Shown here piece after piece: positions 31,252-41,743 of a DNA stretch of 64,000 nt. The DNA is taken from NCBI GenBank assembly GCA_963700285.1, contig CAVOXA010000014.1, forward strand, positions 416,001-480,000. The letters run 5' to 3'. The translations under genes were made by a program, and so were the position numbers. Position 1 is the stretch's first letter. Every line of letters begins with the position of its first letter. Origin of the DNA: an uncultured Chloroflexia bacterium (GTDB taxonomy: Bacteria > Chloroflexota > Anaerolineae > JAAYZQ01). The notes under the pieces are model-generated. The model saw only the letters and a list, made by a program, of their open reading frames with translations, was not told where the DNA came from and made no database searches.

Positions 31252-32859
31252 TTAGACTTGAGGCATTTCGATCACAAAGAGGCTGCCCTCGGCGGGTTCG
31301 CTCTCGACACGAACCCGCCCGCCGTGGGCCAGGACGATGCTCTGTACAATGGGCAGCCCCAGGCCGCTGCCATCCCTCCGACTGTTCCAGCCCCGGTAGA
31401 AGCGTTCAAAGATATGAGGCAGATCGTCCGGGTCGATACCCGAGCCGCTGTCGCGCACCCAGAACTGCACCTTCTTCCCCACCTGCCGAGCACCCAAAGC
31501 CACCTGCCCGCCCTCCGGAGTGAACTTGAGGGCATTGTCGAGCAGGTTCGACAGTGCCAGCTCCATCCGCGCCTGGTCACAGCGAATCTTGAGAGGGTCC
31601 GCGGGGGACCGCACCACCAGGCTGATCCCGCGTTCCTGGGCCAGAGTCCTGAAGCTACTTGCCACGGCGGCCAGCAGTTCCCCGCCATCGCGGTCGGTAC
31701 GATCCAACTCGACCAGTCCCGCATCCAGACGAGAAAGATCCAACAAATTGCCCGTCACCCATTCCAGCCGGTTGATCTGGATCTGGCTTTCTTTCAGAAA
31801 CTCGGCCCGGGCAGCGGGATCGTCGGCAGCAGCATCCTGCATCAACTCGTTAAAGCTCTTGAGCGCTGTGATCGGGGTTCGTAGCTCGTGGGATGCATCA
31901 GCGATGAAGCGATGAAGGGTATCGCGTTCAGCGGCAAGATCGTTGAAGCTGACCTCCAGGCGCTCCGCCATCTGGTTGAACTGACCAGCCAAGTCACCAA
32001 TCTCATCCCGGCCCCGGACCGGAGCACGGGTCGATAGGTCTCCGCTGCTCATCTGGCCAGCGACTGCTGCCAGCTCGCGGAGTGGCGCCGAGAGGCGACG
32101 GCTCACCAGCAGCCCAACGATCAGGGCAAGGAACATCGCCCCTGCCGCAGCGAATAGGAACGCCCGGCGCGCCGTTGCCAGTGCTTCGCTGCCATAGTCC
32201 GGGCCACTGCTGATCTCCACATAGCCCAGCGGGGCCTCCGTCTCTCCGATGGGCACCGCAATCACGCGCCCTGAACGGCGCGCCATCTGCTGCTGTGCAA
32301 CCAGCGCCTCCAATTCCTCGAGATCCGAGGCAGCATGGAAACTGAAGCGGGTGCCCCAGGCATCATCCCACCGCCGCACGCCGGTGAAGGTACTATCGCG
32401 AGGCAAATGCTCGAGCAGGGACAGGGCATCTGAGGGCAGCAGGGGTAGAGGCCACTGTGTGTCAAAGACCAGCTCTGGCATGAGCGCGCGAGGCAAGATT
32501 GCCGGTTCCTCGTCTGCCCAACCGGGCAGGGGCAGGACCCACACAACCCCATCCCTCTTGGCGTGATTCCAAGAATCGGCCAGGACAACTTGATTGTCAT
32601 CCAGGATCCTGATCCGGGCATTGCCCAGAAACGATAAAGTCAGCGCCAGCTCCTGCAACTCTGCCGGCTGAGCCAGCGGCTGCAATAGGGGCAGGGCACG
32701 CAGCGCCACCGCCTCAGCGTTTGCAGAGAGGTTTTCGATTTCCTGCTGGCCGACATACCGCTTGATCAGCGACAGGGCCAGGACCCCGACCATGACCACC
32801 GTCAGCAGCGTCAAGAGCAGGTAACTCAGAACCAATCGCCAGCGGATAGAACGGAACAT
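31252..32859 (-). CDS. HAMP-domain sensor histidine kinase
   Basis: Two TM helices, HAMP (RDEIGDLAGQFNQMA), H-box ASHELRTP, NLLDNALKF, DSGSGI, FERFYR and GSGLGL. Confidence 0.93.
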   Translation of the reverse strand: MFRSIRWRLVLSYLLLTLLTVVMVGVLALSLIKRYVGQQEIENLSANAEAVALRALPLLQPLAQPAELQELALTLSFLGNARIRILDDNQVVLADSWNHAKRDGVVWVLPLPGWADEEPAILPRALMPELVFDTQWPLPLLPSDALSLLEHLPRDSTFTGVRRWDDAWGTRFSFHAASDLEELEALVAQQQMARRSGRVIAVPIGETEAPLGYVEISSGPDYGSEALATARRAFLFAAAGAMFLALIVGLLVSRRLSAPLRELAAVAGQMSSGDLSTRAPVRGRDEIGDLAGQFNQMAERLEVSFNDLAAERDTLHRFIADASHELRTPITALKSFNELMQDAAADDPAARAEFLKESQIQINRLEWVTGNLLDLSRLDAGLVELDRTDRDGGELLAAVASSFRTLAQERGISLVVRSPADPLKIRCDQARMELALSNLLDNALKFTPEGGQVALGARQVGKKVQFWVRDSGSGIDPDDLPHIFERFYRGWNSRRDGSGLGLPIVQSIVLAHGGRVRVESEPAEGSLFVIEMPQV

Positions 32860-32866
32860 GTCCGAT

Positions 32867-33973
32867 CTAGGCCGAGCCATCCCCGGGCGCAAAATCGGGC
32901 TCAAGCTGATGCCAGTCAAAGGGTATCTGCCCCGGGTCAAAGGGAAGCTGATCCCAATCGAAGGGCAGCTCGTCCCAGTTGAAGGGCAACGCTTCCGGGT
33001 TGAAGGGCATTTCGGCGCCAGGCACACCAAAGAAGTACGGGCCACCGCGAAAGTCAAAGCCTTCGGGCACTTGCCCGCCCTCAAAGCGCCGCCGTTCCAT
33101 GGTACCACCGATCATAATCCCCAGGAAGGCCCGGTCGGGGTCTTCTGGATGTTGGGCCAGGGTGACCGTGACCTGGCGCCCTTCCTCATCTTCTTCCCGT
33201 AAGAAAGTCAGCGTGACACCGTCGCCGGCTTTGTGCTGGCCGATGGCCTCGACCAACTGCTCGGGCGTTTCAATCGGCTCTCCATCCAGGGCCATGATTA
33301 CGTCGCTTTCCTGCAAGCCGGCGGCCGAGGCAGGGCTGCCCTCGGTGACGCTGACGACAATCACGCCGCGCTCAACCATACCTCCTGGCATAGCAAAGGG
33401 CATCTGGGGATGATCAAAGCCCTCCTCTCCCTCAAAAGGAGGGACCCGCGAGCCTGGCGCTGCGGGTGGTGGGGAAACCGCATAGCGCACGCCCAGGTAG
33501 GGCGCCCCACTTTTGTCTGGGTGCTCAGCCAGGCGGACTCGTATCTCCTTTTGTCCCTCCCCGGGACGGGTTACCGCCAGGCGGATCCTATCCCCTGGCC
33601 CATGTTCAGCCACGAGTTCTGCCAGGCCACGCTCAGCACTGAGGCTCTCTCCGCCCACAGCAAGGACAACGTCACCCGCGTGCAAGCCTGCATCCTCGGC
33701 TGGGCTTCCAGGCATGACTTCGACGATGACTGCACTGGGAGCCGGGATGACCTTCTCTACCTCGAACTCTCTCTCGACGATGACGCCGGCGGGGAACTCT
33801 GCCGATGGCGAATCCTCACCCAGCTTCATCACGCCAAAGACCAACCCTCCGCCGAACAACGCACCCAGGCCACAGGCCAAACAGATCGCAAGCACCAGGC
33901 CGAGGACCTTGAGTACGCGCATCCTGGCATAGTGTGCCTCTTCGGGATCTGACACAACTTGGTTCTCCATCAT
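32867..33973 (-). CDS. Membrane-anchored protein with two PDZ domains
   Basis: N-terminal TM helix, two GSPA.AGL...DV PDZ units each followed by (PY/AF)LG, and C-terminal PF(D/N)W repeats. No trypsin domain. Confidence 0.8.
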   Translation of the reverse strand: MMENQVVSDPEEAHYARMRVLKVLGLVLAICLACGLGALFGGGLVFGVMKLGEDSPSAEFPAGVIVEREFEVEKVIPAPSAVIVEVMPGSPAEDAGLHAGDVVLAVGGESLSAERGLAELVAEHGPGDRIRLAVTRPGEGQKEIRVRLAEHPDKSGAPYLGVRYAVSPPPAAPGSRVPPFEGEEGFDHPQMPFAMPGGMVERGVIVVSVTEGSPASAAGLQESDVIMALDGEPIETPEQLVEAIGQHKAGDGVTLTFLREEDEEGRQVTVTLAQHPEDPDRAFLGIMIGGTMERRRFEGGQVPEGFDFRGGPYFFGVPGAEMPFNPEALPFNWDELPFDWDQLPFDPGQIPFDWHQLEPDFAPGDGSA

Positions 33974-34017
33974 CAACCTCCTCCATAGTCTGGTGAACGA
34001 ACCTAATCCCTGTACGC

Positions 34018-34049
34018 ATCATATCACAGAATGGTTGTAGAACGGTTGT
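34018..34049 (-). promoter_or_regulatory. Putative OmpR-family binding site and -10 element upstream of the PDZ gene
   Basis: 11-bp tandem repeat agaatggttgt/agaacggttgt (34028-34049) next to TGnTATGAT on the minus strand. Confidence 0.5.
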
Positions 34050-34198
34050 GATTGTGTTAAGGTATCGCAACATGGAGAAGAGAGGAGGGAGAAGGGAAAA
34101 GGGACAAGGCGAGCCAGCTCAAGCAGCCGCTGGGGCAGATGGAAGAAATGGGCGGCCATACTGGGAGGCAGGTGGTAGTCAAGCAGACGGAGAGTAGC

Positions 34199-34897
34199 TC
34201 ACATCTCAAGCTTGTAGCCAAGTCCGCGCACGGTGACGATCCATCGCGGGTCGGCGGGGTCGTCCTCCAGCTTCTCACGCAGGTGCCGGACGTGCACGTC
34301 CACCGTGCGATGGCTGCCGATGTCGCTGTCATAGCCCCAAACTGCCTCGATCAACGCCTCCCGGCTGAGGGGCCGTCCGGGATTGGCGACCAGGTAGTGC
34401 AGGAGTCGGAACTCGGTGGGCGTCAGGTCTACCATCCGGCCTTGCTTGCGGACCTGCAAACGTATCAGATCCACCTCTATCTGACCAAAGGTCAGGCGTT
34501 CGGCACCGACAACTACGGCCAGATCACCGTAAGCACGGCGCAAGAGAGCCCTGATGCGCGATATGAGTTCGCGAAAGCTGAAGGGTTTGATCACATAGTC
34601 GTCAGCACCAAGCTCCAGGCCCAGCACCTTGTCAACCTCCTCATCCCGGGCCGTGAGCATCAGGATGGGCATTCGCCGGCCCTCGGCTCGAAGCAGGCGG
34701 CAGACGTCAAAACCACTGATATCCGGTAGTCGGATGTCCAGCAAGATCAGGTGGGGATCTTGGCTGCGCGCCAAGTCAAGGGCTTCCTGCCCCGTCTCGG
34801 CGCGCAGGACGGCAAAGGCCTCACTGGCCAGCCCATATTCCAGGGCCCTGGCCACAGCGCGCTCGTCCTCAACGACGAGGATCCGTTCTCCTGACAT
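34199..34897 (-). CDS. OmpR/PhoB family response regulator
   Basis: LVVEDE, LLDIRLP, GADDYVIKPF, RTVDVHVRHLREKLE and TVRGLGY. Confidence 0.95.
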   Translation of the reverse strand: MSGERILVVEDERAVARALEYGLASEAFAVLRAETGQEALDLARSQDPHLILLDIRLPDISGFDVCRLLRAEGRRMPILMLTARDEEVDKVLGLELGADDYVIKPFSFRELISRIRALLRRAYGDLAVVVGAERLTFGQIEVDLIRLQVRKQGRMVDLTPTEFRLLHYLVANPGRPLSREALIEAVWGYDSDIGSHRTVDVHVRHLREKLEDDPADPRWIVTVRGLGYKLEM

Positions 34898-35991
34898 TAG
34901 GCCCCGGGAACGACGACGACCTTGATGGCACCGCCCAAGCGCTTCTCAGCCGTCTCAAATGCAGCGTGGATCTCGTCAAGGGAAAAGGTATGAGTAAGTA
35001 GGGGGGACAGATCCACATCCCTCCGTCCGAGCAGGGCCAGAGCCTGGGCCATGGACCTTTCGCCCTCAGCCTTGGAACCGGCGACAGTGATGTTCCACTG
35101 CACCATCTTGTTCACGTCCAAGCGCGCCGGTTCGGCATAGATGCCAACCAGGACCACGCGGCCGTTTTTTTTGGCAAATGCTACTGCGTCAACGGCCGCC
35201 TGCGTCGTGCCAGCACACTCGACTATGGCGTCCGCACCCACGCCGGCCGTGAGGCCCATGACGCGCTCAAGGGCGTCCTCCTCACGGACGTTGATGGTGA
35301 CGTCGGCACCAAGCTGTCGGCCCACCTCCAGCCGTTCTGAGCGTGTCCCGGTGAGTACGATGGTCCCCGCGCCCAGGAGCCGGGCCATGACCACCGCCAT
35401 CAGGCCTATGGCGCCCGGGCCCGAAACGACGACGGTTTCTCCGGCCTGGATGCCGCCTATGCGCCGGATGCCATATAGGGAGGTCGCCGCCGTGGTGACG
35501 AGTGTCGCCTCGGCCAGAGACATAGAATCGGGGATCTTGTATACCGAATTGACGTGATTGCAGGCATACTCGGCATAGCCACCATTGGCGCTGAAGCCAT
35601 AGTGGCGATGTCCCTTGTCATGATGCCCATAGTTCAGGCAGGTGTTGTAGAGGCCATCGCGACAGTTGTCACAGACTCCGCAGCCCTTGTGCGGCTCTAC
35701 AGCGACTCGATCGCCAACGTTCAACTCGGTGACGCCGTCGCCCAAGGCAGCGACCTTGCCCGTATACTCGTGGCCAAAGATGAACCCGCCGCGCTGGCCG
35801 GGTACACCATAGGGTGGATGGTTCGGCCAACCATGGGCCAGGATCTTGGGATCGGATCCACAGATGGCGCAGGCGCCAACCTCAATCAATACCTCGCCGG
35901 CCCCAGGTTCGGGCACCGGGTAGTCGTCCACAAGGCGCAGATCACCTTCGCCGTATAGTACGGCTGCTTTCATTTCCTTTGGATAAACCAT
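34897..35991 (-). CDS. Zinc-binding alcohol/polyol dehydrogenase
   Basis: CGSD, GHE, CxxCxxC...C structural zinc site and GPGAIG. Confidence 0.9.
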   Translation of the reverse strand: MVYPKEMKAAVLYGEGDLRLVDDYPVPEPGAGEVLIEVGACAICGSDPKILAHGWPNHPPYGVPGQRGGFIFGHEYTGKVAALGDGVTELNVGDRVAVEPHKGCGVCDNCRDGLYNTCLNYGHHDKGHRHYGFSANGGYAEYACNHVNSVYKIPDSMSLAEATLVTTAATSLYGIRRIGGIQAGETVVVSGPGAIGLMAVVMARLLGAGTIVLTGTRSERLEVGRQLGADVTINVREEDALERVMGLTAGVGADAIVECAGTTQAAVDAVAFAKKNGRVVLVGIYAEPARLDVNKMVQWNITVAGSKAEGERSMAQALALLGRRDVDLSPLLTHTFSLDEIHAAFETAEKRLGGAIKVVVVPGA

Positions 35992-36051
35992 ATTGACTCC
36001 TTTGCAGGTGCTGGGCTGCGCGTGAAAACGCCAAGACCCCATTCCAAGGAC

Positions 36052-37089
36052 CTATACAAAGCGCATCAATACCTTCATCGATGCCCGCCTGTCCAAGGCC
36101 AACTCAAAGGCGCGGGAGTATTCCTCATATGGAATCCGGTGGCTAACGAGTTCCGCGGCCAATTCGGGATATTCCGACACAAAGGCCAGCACGCGCTCAA
36201 ATTCGCCGGTGCCGCCGATGCTGCCCATGACACGCGCTGCCTTGAGGGTGATCTGTTTGAGGCTGAATTCGACGGCTGGTATGAAACCCAAAGCCATGAT
36301 CGTGCCCAGCGGCTGCACCAAATCAACGGCCTGTGTGAATGCGGCCGGGGCGGCCGTGGTCTCAAAGATGGCATCATAGCCACGGCCAGAGTAGAGGCCG
36401 CCGTAGCCTTCGGCATCGCCTCCAGCAGCCACCACATCGGTTAGCTCAGCCGCGCCGAGACGCTGTGCTTTCTCGACCCGAGCTTTGACGATATCGAACA
36501 CCTCTACGTGCTGGCAGCCCTCGATGTATTTGAGCGCAAAGAAGCAGGACAGGCCAATGGTCCCCCCGCCAAGTACGAGGACCTTGTCTCGGTTCAGCCC
36601 GGGGTGCAGATCCCGGACCCGGCGCACGGCGTGCGCCCCCACGGCCAGGGGCTCACTCAGAGCTACCAGGTCCAGATCCGCCCGGGGATCGGCCCGATAA
36701 ACGTATTTCTCATCCTGGAGAAACATCTGGCGCGACGCGCCGTCGATGGTGATGCCAACCTTTTCGATGTGCTGGCAGAGGTTCTTGTCGAGCCCACAGT
36801 AGGCGCACTCACCACAGAAGATCGAGCAATCGCCCGTGACCTTGTCGCCTGGCCTGACCTTGGTGACAGCCGGACCCACCGCCTCGACGGTCCCGGACCA
36901 CTCGTGGCCAAAGTACAAGGGATAGTTTTTCGGACCCTCGTAAGTGCCGAGATACAGCCCTACGTCGGATCCGCATAGGCCCACGGCATGGGTCCTGATC
37001 AGCACCTGGCTGCTATCCGGCGCGGCCACCTCTTCCGAGACGATGCGGGCCTTGCCACATCCCTGTAGAACAACTCCCTTTGACTGCAT
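36052..37089 (-). CDS. Zinc-binding alcohol/polyol dehydrogenase
   Basis: CGSD, GHEWSG, CGECAYC...C, EPLAV and GGGTIG. Confidence 0.9.
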   Translation of the reverse strand: MQSKGVVLQGCGKARIVSEEVAAPDSSQVLIRTHAVGLCGSDVGLYLGTYEGPKNYPLYFGHEWSGTVEAVGPAVTKVRPGDKVTGDCSIFCGECAYCGLDKNLCQHIEKVGITIDGASRQMFLQDEKYVYRADPRADLDLVALSEPLAVGAHAVRRVRDLHPGLNRDKVLVLGGGTIGLSCFFALKYIEGCQHVEVFDIVKARVEKAQRLGAAELTDVVAAGGDAEGYGGLYSGRGYDAIFETTAAPAAFTQAVDLVQPLGTIMALGFIPAVEFSLKQITLKAARVMGSIGGTGEFERVLAFVSEYPELAAELVSHRIPYEEYSRAFELALDRRASMKVLMRFV

Positions 37090-37334
37090 GTTCCTCTCAA
37101 TTCTGACGGCCTGCTTCCGGAAAGGCTTGAACGAGACCTGAAGCAGGGCATCAACTCGGGTTTGCCGGACGGCGGCGGTTACTCTGCTGCAATCCTGGGT
37201 GAATTCCAAGTTCGGAGTAAGCGCTCTTGGACCAGAGAAGCGCGCTGAAGCGCGCACTACTAACGGAGACAGCTCGACTACTTGATGTAGTCAGATTTCC
37301 CAAGTGCGCGGATATCGATAGAAACGGGCTGCTC

Positions 37335-38270
37335 CTACACCAGGCGATTGATGGGCTTGCCGGCCAGCCAGGCACGGACGTTGGCGAGGGAGACCTCCAT
37401 AATGCGGTCGCAGGCCTCCTCGGCGTACCAACCGATGTGCGGCGTGATGACCACGTTGGCGTCCCCGAAATCGTGATAGACGTCGAGTTCATCCTCCAGC
37501 ACATCCAGTCCCGCACCGCGCAGCCGGCCTGAAGCCAGCGCCTCTTTCAGCGCAGCGGTATCTACGACGGGGCCCCTTGAGGTATTGATCAGGATGGCGG
37601 TGGGCTTGACCAGTTCCAGGGCAGCAGCATCAATAAGGTGATAACTGGATTCGTTCAGGTCGACGTGCAATGTGATAAAGTCGGATGCGGCCAGCACCTC
37701 GGACTTGGGCCAGTAGCGAAAGCCTTTCTCGGCCGCCAAAGCCTCATCCGGGGCGATGTCGCAAGCCATGATCTGCATGCCAAAGCCCTGGCCGATGCGG
37801 ACGCTGTGCCGGCCAACCCGGCCGACGCCGATCACCCCCAACGTCTTGCCATACAGCTCGGGTCCGCCCAAGCCCGAGTCGTCAAAGTACCTCATCTGCT
37901 GGTAACGGGAGTAGCCCTGGCAGACGTTGCGGCCCACAGCCAGCATGAGACCAAAAGCTAACTCGGCAATGACGTGCGAGCCATAGTCGGGGACATTGCA
38001 GACCACAATGCCCCGCTTTTTGGCTGCCGCCAGGTCGATATGGTCGTAGCCTACGGTACGGGTTACAATGAGCTTGAGGTTCGGGCAAACGTCCAAACAT
38101 TCAGCCGTAACGATGCCCGTCTTTTCCCGGGTCATGAGAATGTCGGCGTCTCCAATCGCGGCAGGAAGCTCTCCCGGAGTGTCCAATGGAGGATAGAATT
38201 CAAATTCGCACCCATCAAGGCGGATCGCGTTTTTATCCTCAAAAACAAAGTCTACAAATGCTACCTTCAT
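37335..38270 (-). CDS. D-isomer specific 2-hydroxyacid dehydrogenase
   Basis: GYDHID, GVGRVG, INTSRG, GLDVLEDE and TPHIG. Confidence 0.9.
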   Translation of the reverse strand: MKVAFVDFVFEDKNAIRLDGCEFEFYPPLDTPGELPAAIGDADILMTREKTGIVTAECLDVCPNLKLIVTRTVGYDHIDLAAAKKRGIVVCNVPDYGSHVIAELAFGLMLAVGRNVCQGYSRYQQMRYFDDSGLGGPELYGKTLGVIGVGRVGRHSVRIGQGFGMQIMACDIAPDEALAAEKGFRYWPKSEVLAASDFITLHVDLNESSYHLIDAAALELVKPTAILINTSRGPVVDTAALKEALASGRLRGAGLDVLEDELDVYHDFGDANVVITPHIGWYAEEACDRIMEVSLANVRAWLAGKPINRLV

Positions 38271-39283
38271 TGGTATTCTGCAAGCTCCACAATTCTGGAC
38301 TCATGATAGGAACAAGTAGCAGCCAGCCCGATGACCAGGGCTGCACGGGCATCATAGGCATCCACAGCCGCCTCTTTCCCGTCTCGAACGCGAACCACAA
38401 AATCGAGGGTCTGTGCCCGGTAGGCATCACCAAAACGCTGGACGATATAGGGTACCATGTCGTGCTGAATTCCTTTGACCGTCATGAGCAGCACTGGCGT
38501 CTGCTGGTAGTAGCCCACGTTCAGGCCACCCTCGGTACCCAAGATCTCTGTGCGGATATCATAACCATAGACCGCGTTGCGGCTGACCTCTACGTTGCCA
38601 AGGGCACCGTTCTCAAAGAGCATGTTCACCACGGCGTTGTCAATGTCGCCGACAGTATTGAGTTGGGGAAAAGCCAGCGTCCCGCCCTCAGTCTGTACTC
38701 GCTTGACCTCATCGGCCATCAGCCAACGGCCCAGGTCAAAATCGTGGATTGCCATGTCCAGGATGAGCCCGCCGCTCACGCTGGGTCGTGCGTATTCCAG
38801 GTCGGGACAGAAGGGGTCGCGACCGATGGACTTGAAGGTGACCGGCTTGCCGATGATCCCAGCTTCGATCTGTTCCTTGGCGGCGACGTAGCCACTGTCA
38901 AAGCGCCGCATGAAGCCGGCCTGGAACATCACGCCAGCCATGTCGATGGCAGCGATCATTGCATCGGTATCTTCTAGGGTCAGGGCGATGGGCTTCTCAC
39001 AAAAGATCGCCTTCCCCGCCTCGGCCGCAGCGATTACCACTTTGCGGTGCGTGCTCGTGGATGAAACCACAAACACAGCCTCAATGGTACGGTCCTCCAG
39101 CAGATCCTGGTAGTTCGCCGTCCAGGATTCTATGCCCAGCTCGCCAGCCAATTCCTGCGCCCGGTCAGCAACCACATCGGAGATTCCGACAATCCGAACG
39201 CCGGAGGCCTGCGCCAGGTGCCTAGCATAGATCTGCCCCATCCGCCCCAAGCCAATGATGCCAACTGGCAGTTTCGCACTCAC
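38267..39283 (-). CDS. Gfo/Idh/MocA oxidoreductase (inositol dehydrogenase-like)
   Basis: GLGRMG, CEKPIA, GFMRRFD, SGGLILDMAIHDFD and YGYDIRTE. Confidence 0.88.
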   Translation of the reverse strand: MSAKLPVGIIGLGRMGQIYARHLAQASGVRIVGISDVVADRAQELAGELGIESWTANYQDLLEDRTIEAVFVVSSTSTHRKVVIAAAEAGKAIFCEKPIALTLEDTDAMIAAIDMAGVMFQAGFMRRFDSGYVAAKEQIEAGIIGKPVTFKSIGRDPFCPDLEYARPSVSGGLILDMAIHDFDLGRWLMADEVKRVQTEGGTLAFPQLNTVGDIDNAVVNMLFENGALGNVEVSRNAVYGYDIRTEILGTEGGLNVGYYQQTPVLLMTVKGIQHDMVPYIVQRFGDAYRAQTLDFVVRVRDGKEAAVDAYDARAALVIGLAATCSYHESRIVELAEYQ

Positions 39284-39334
39284 TTTTTGTTCCTTTCAAT
39301 CAATCTCGCAGCATGAAAGCTAATCGCATTCGAT

Positions 39335-40141
39335 CTATCGCACGTAGGCGACACCACCATCCACCGTGAGAATGGCACCCGTGATCTTGGCGGAGCGATC
39401 AGAGAGTAGAAACAGTGCTGCATTGGCCACGTCCTCGGGGTCGATGTTCGTCTTGAGGGCACAACGATCTCGGTAGTAGGCCGGTATCTCTGCCTCCGAG
39501 ATGTTGTAACGCTTTGCTGTTCCCAGCCGGTAGTCATCGTCCTCCCACAAGCCAGAGCCTTCCAGGACAGCATCGGGACAGATGGTATTCACCCTGATGC
39601 CGAACCTGCCCAATTCTTGGGCCAGAGAACGGGCCATGGTCAGCTCGCCCCCCTTGGTGGCACAGTAGAGGCTCTTCTCCGCTGCTCCGACCAGCCCATT
39701 CTTTGAGGAAATGAAGAGTAACGATCCCCTGGTGCCCGACTCTTTCATCACCCTCACGGCTTCCCGGGCGCACTTGAAGTAGCCCTTGAGGTTGGTATCG
39801 ATCGTTACGTCAATTTCCTCGTCCGACAATGTATCTATCGACCGCACTTGGGTGACCGCCGCGTTGTTGACCAGGATGTCCAGCCGTCCGAACTCACGCA
39901 CAGTCACATCGAATGCCCGTTGGACCTGAGAGGTATCGCGGACATCGGCAACGACGAGTAGTGCCGACCCTGGGCCATAGGCACGGACGAGTTCCTGGTG
40001 GAACTGTTCAAGCCGGTCCCTGTCGACGTCGACCAGGGCGACTTTGGCCCCAGCCTCAGCCAAGCCAGTGCCCAGAGCCCGACCAATGGCCCCGGCACCT
40101 CCTGTTATGAGGGCAACCTGTCCCGCGAGAGGTTTTTCCAT
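39335..40141 (-). CDS. SDR resembling the C-terminal dehydrogenase domain of RhaEW
   Basis: TGGAGAIG, SSKNG, YCATK, VNTICPDAVLEGSGLW and YYRDRCALK. Confidence 0.75.
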   Translation of the reverse strand: MEKPLAGQVALITGGAGAIGRALGTGLAEAGAKVALVDVDRDRLEQFHQELVRAYGPGSALLVVADVRDTSQVQRAFDVTVREFGRLDILVNNAAVTQVRSIDTLSDEEIDVTIDTNLKGYFKCAREAVRVMKESGTRGSLLFISSKNGLVGAAEKSLYCATKGGELTMARSLAQELGRFGIRVNTICPDAVLEGSGLWEDDDYRLGTAKRYNISEAEIPAYYRDRCALKTNIDPEDVANAALFLLSDRSAKITGAILTVDGGVAYVR

Positions 40142-40144
40142 ATC

Positions 40145-41680
40145 CTAACTCACCTTCTCCTCAGTATACTGAGGGCATAGAACCGGCTCAAGGGCGCGGA
40201 AGGTCTCATTGAACAGATCTCTCCTGTCTGCGTAGAGCGACAAGAGACCCGGATCCGGAGAGATTTGGGAACCTATCCGCACAGACTGGCCGATAGCGGT
40301 TTGAATGTCACTGTATTCGCCCGCTCCCACGCCTGCCAGGAGTGCAGCCCCTAGACAGCCCGGTTCCTCCACCTGGACCACCTCGATGGACTGCCCCAGA
40401 ACATCGGTGAGGATCTGCCGCCAAACCGGGAGGCGCCCACCTCCGCTCTGCCCGGTTCTGAGGAGGGTCACGGAATCGTCCCTCTGACAGGCAATCGCCT
40501 GGATGGCATCGAGGCAGTTTGCCACGGCAAAGGCGATACCTTCCATGATGCTCCTCACAAAGTGGCCTTTCCCATGCCAGGGCCTGATGCCCAGAAAAGC
40601 CCCGCTCGCCTCGGGGTTAGAGAAAGGCGATCGCTCGCCAAAGAGGTAGGGGTGAAAGAGAAGGCCATCACTGCCCGGTGGAACACTGGCCGCCAATGAC
40701 TCCAGCTCACGGTAGGCGTCGGCTTCTTCCAGGGCGCCCCCAAGACACATCCCCTTGAACCATGACAGTACAGACGAGCCCGCCATAGAAGACGCCGACA
40801 CGGTGAAGCGGCCGGGCATGACATGCTGCTGGATCCAGACCATTTTCTCCAGGGGCCTGACCATGCCTGCGAATGAGGCCCGCAGCGTGCTGTTGGTTCC
40901 TAGCAACAGCCCAGCTTCCCCGGAGCCGACCACTCCCATTCCGACCAGGGCGCAGTGGGAATCCCCACCACCATGGACGACAGGCGTCCCAGCCTCGAGG
41001 CCGGTGGCCGCAGCCGCCTCCCGGGTAAGGCTACCGGCGACCTGGCTTGCTCTACCAATCTTGGGTAGGTTGTGGCCGGGAACCTGCAGCAGCGAACACA
41101 GCTTATCGGACCATTCCTGCTCGGGCATCGCGATCAGGTTTGTACCGGTGGCATCACAAAGCTCAGTACCCATTCTGCCCGTAAGGCGGTAGCGCAGATA
41201 GTCCTTGGCCAGCAGGATCCAGCAGGTTTTCTCCAGGACCTCGGGCTCCCGTGTGCGAACCAGGTGGTAAATCGGTGGAAAGTGCCCTGTCGTCACCTTG
41301 CTGCCAGAAAGGTCGATCACCTGCTGCAGGATACCGTTCTGTGCCAACTCGGCAAGGCTCTGGGCAAGACGGCGGTCATGGGTCACGATGGTTGGGCGAG
41401 TTGGCTCTCCTTCGGCGTCTAGAAACACCGGGCAGTGGTGGAAACCGCAGACGCCGATGGCGGCCACCGAAGCAGCGCCGATCCGGGCCCCCTCCAGCGC
41501 CTGCCCTATCGCCACACAGCAGCCCGCCCACCACGTTTTGGGATCTTGTTCGGCCCAACCCTCGCGACCGGCCAGATAGCGATTTGCTGCTCTGCCCAGC
41601 CCAAGGAGCTGGCCATCAAGGCCAAAGATCGCGGCTTTCAGGCCGCTGGTACCCAGATCAATTCCTAAAAGGGCTTTCAT
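40145..41680 (-). CDS. FGGY-family carbohydrate kinase
   Basis: GIDLGTSG, WAEQDP, GGGD, PYLFGERSP and GAALLAGVG. Confidence 0.9.
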   Translation of the reverse strand: MKALLGIDLGTSGLKAAIFGLDGQLLGLGRAANRYLAGREGWAEQDPKTWWAGCCVAIGQALEGARIGAASVAAIGVCGFHHCPVFLDAEGEPTRPTIVTHDRRLAQSLAELAQNGILQQVIDLSGSKVTTGHFPPIYHLVRTREPEVLEKTCWILLAKDYLRYRLTGRMGTELCDATGTNLIAMPEQEWSDKLCSLLQVPGHNLPKIGRASQVAGSLTREAAAATGLEAGTPVVHGGGDSHCALVGMGVVGSGEAGLLLGTNSTLRASFAGMVRPLEKMVWIQQHVMPGRFTVSASSMAGSSVLSWFKGMCLGGALEEADAYRELESLAASVPPGSDGLLFHPYLFGERSPFSNPEASGAFLGIRPWHGKGHFVRSIMEGIAFAVANCLDAIQAIACQRDDSVTLLRTGQSGGGRLPVWRQILTDVLGQSIEVVQVEEPGCLGAALLAGVGAGEYSDIQTAIGQSVRIGSQISPDPGLLSLYADRRDLFNETFRALEPVLCPQYTEEKVS

Positions 41681-41743
41681 CAAAGCCTGTGTGGAAGATA
41701 GAATACTGGACCAGTCTCGTGAAGACTGGTCCAGTGTGTACCC

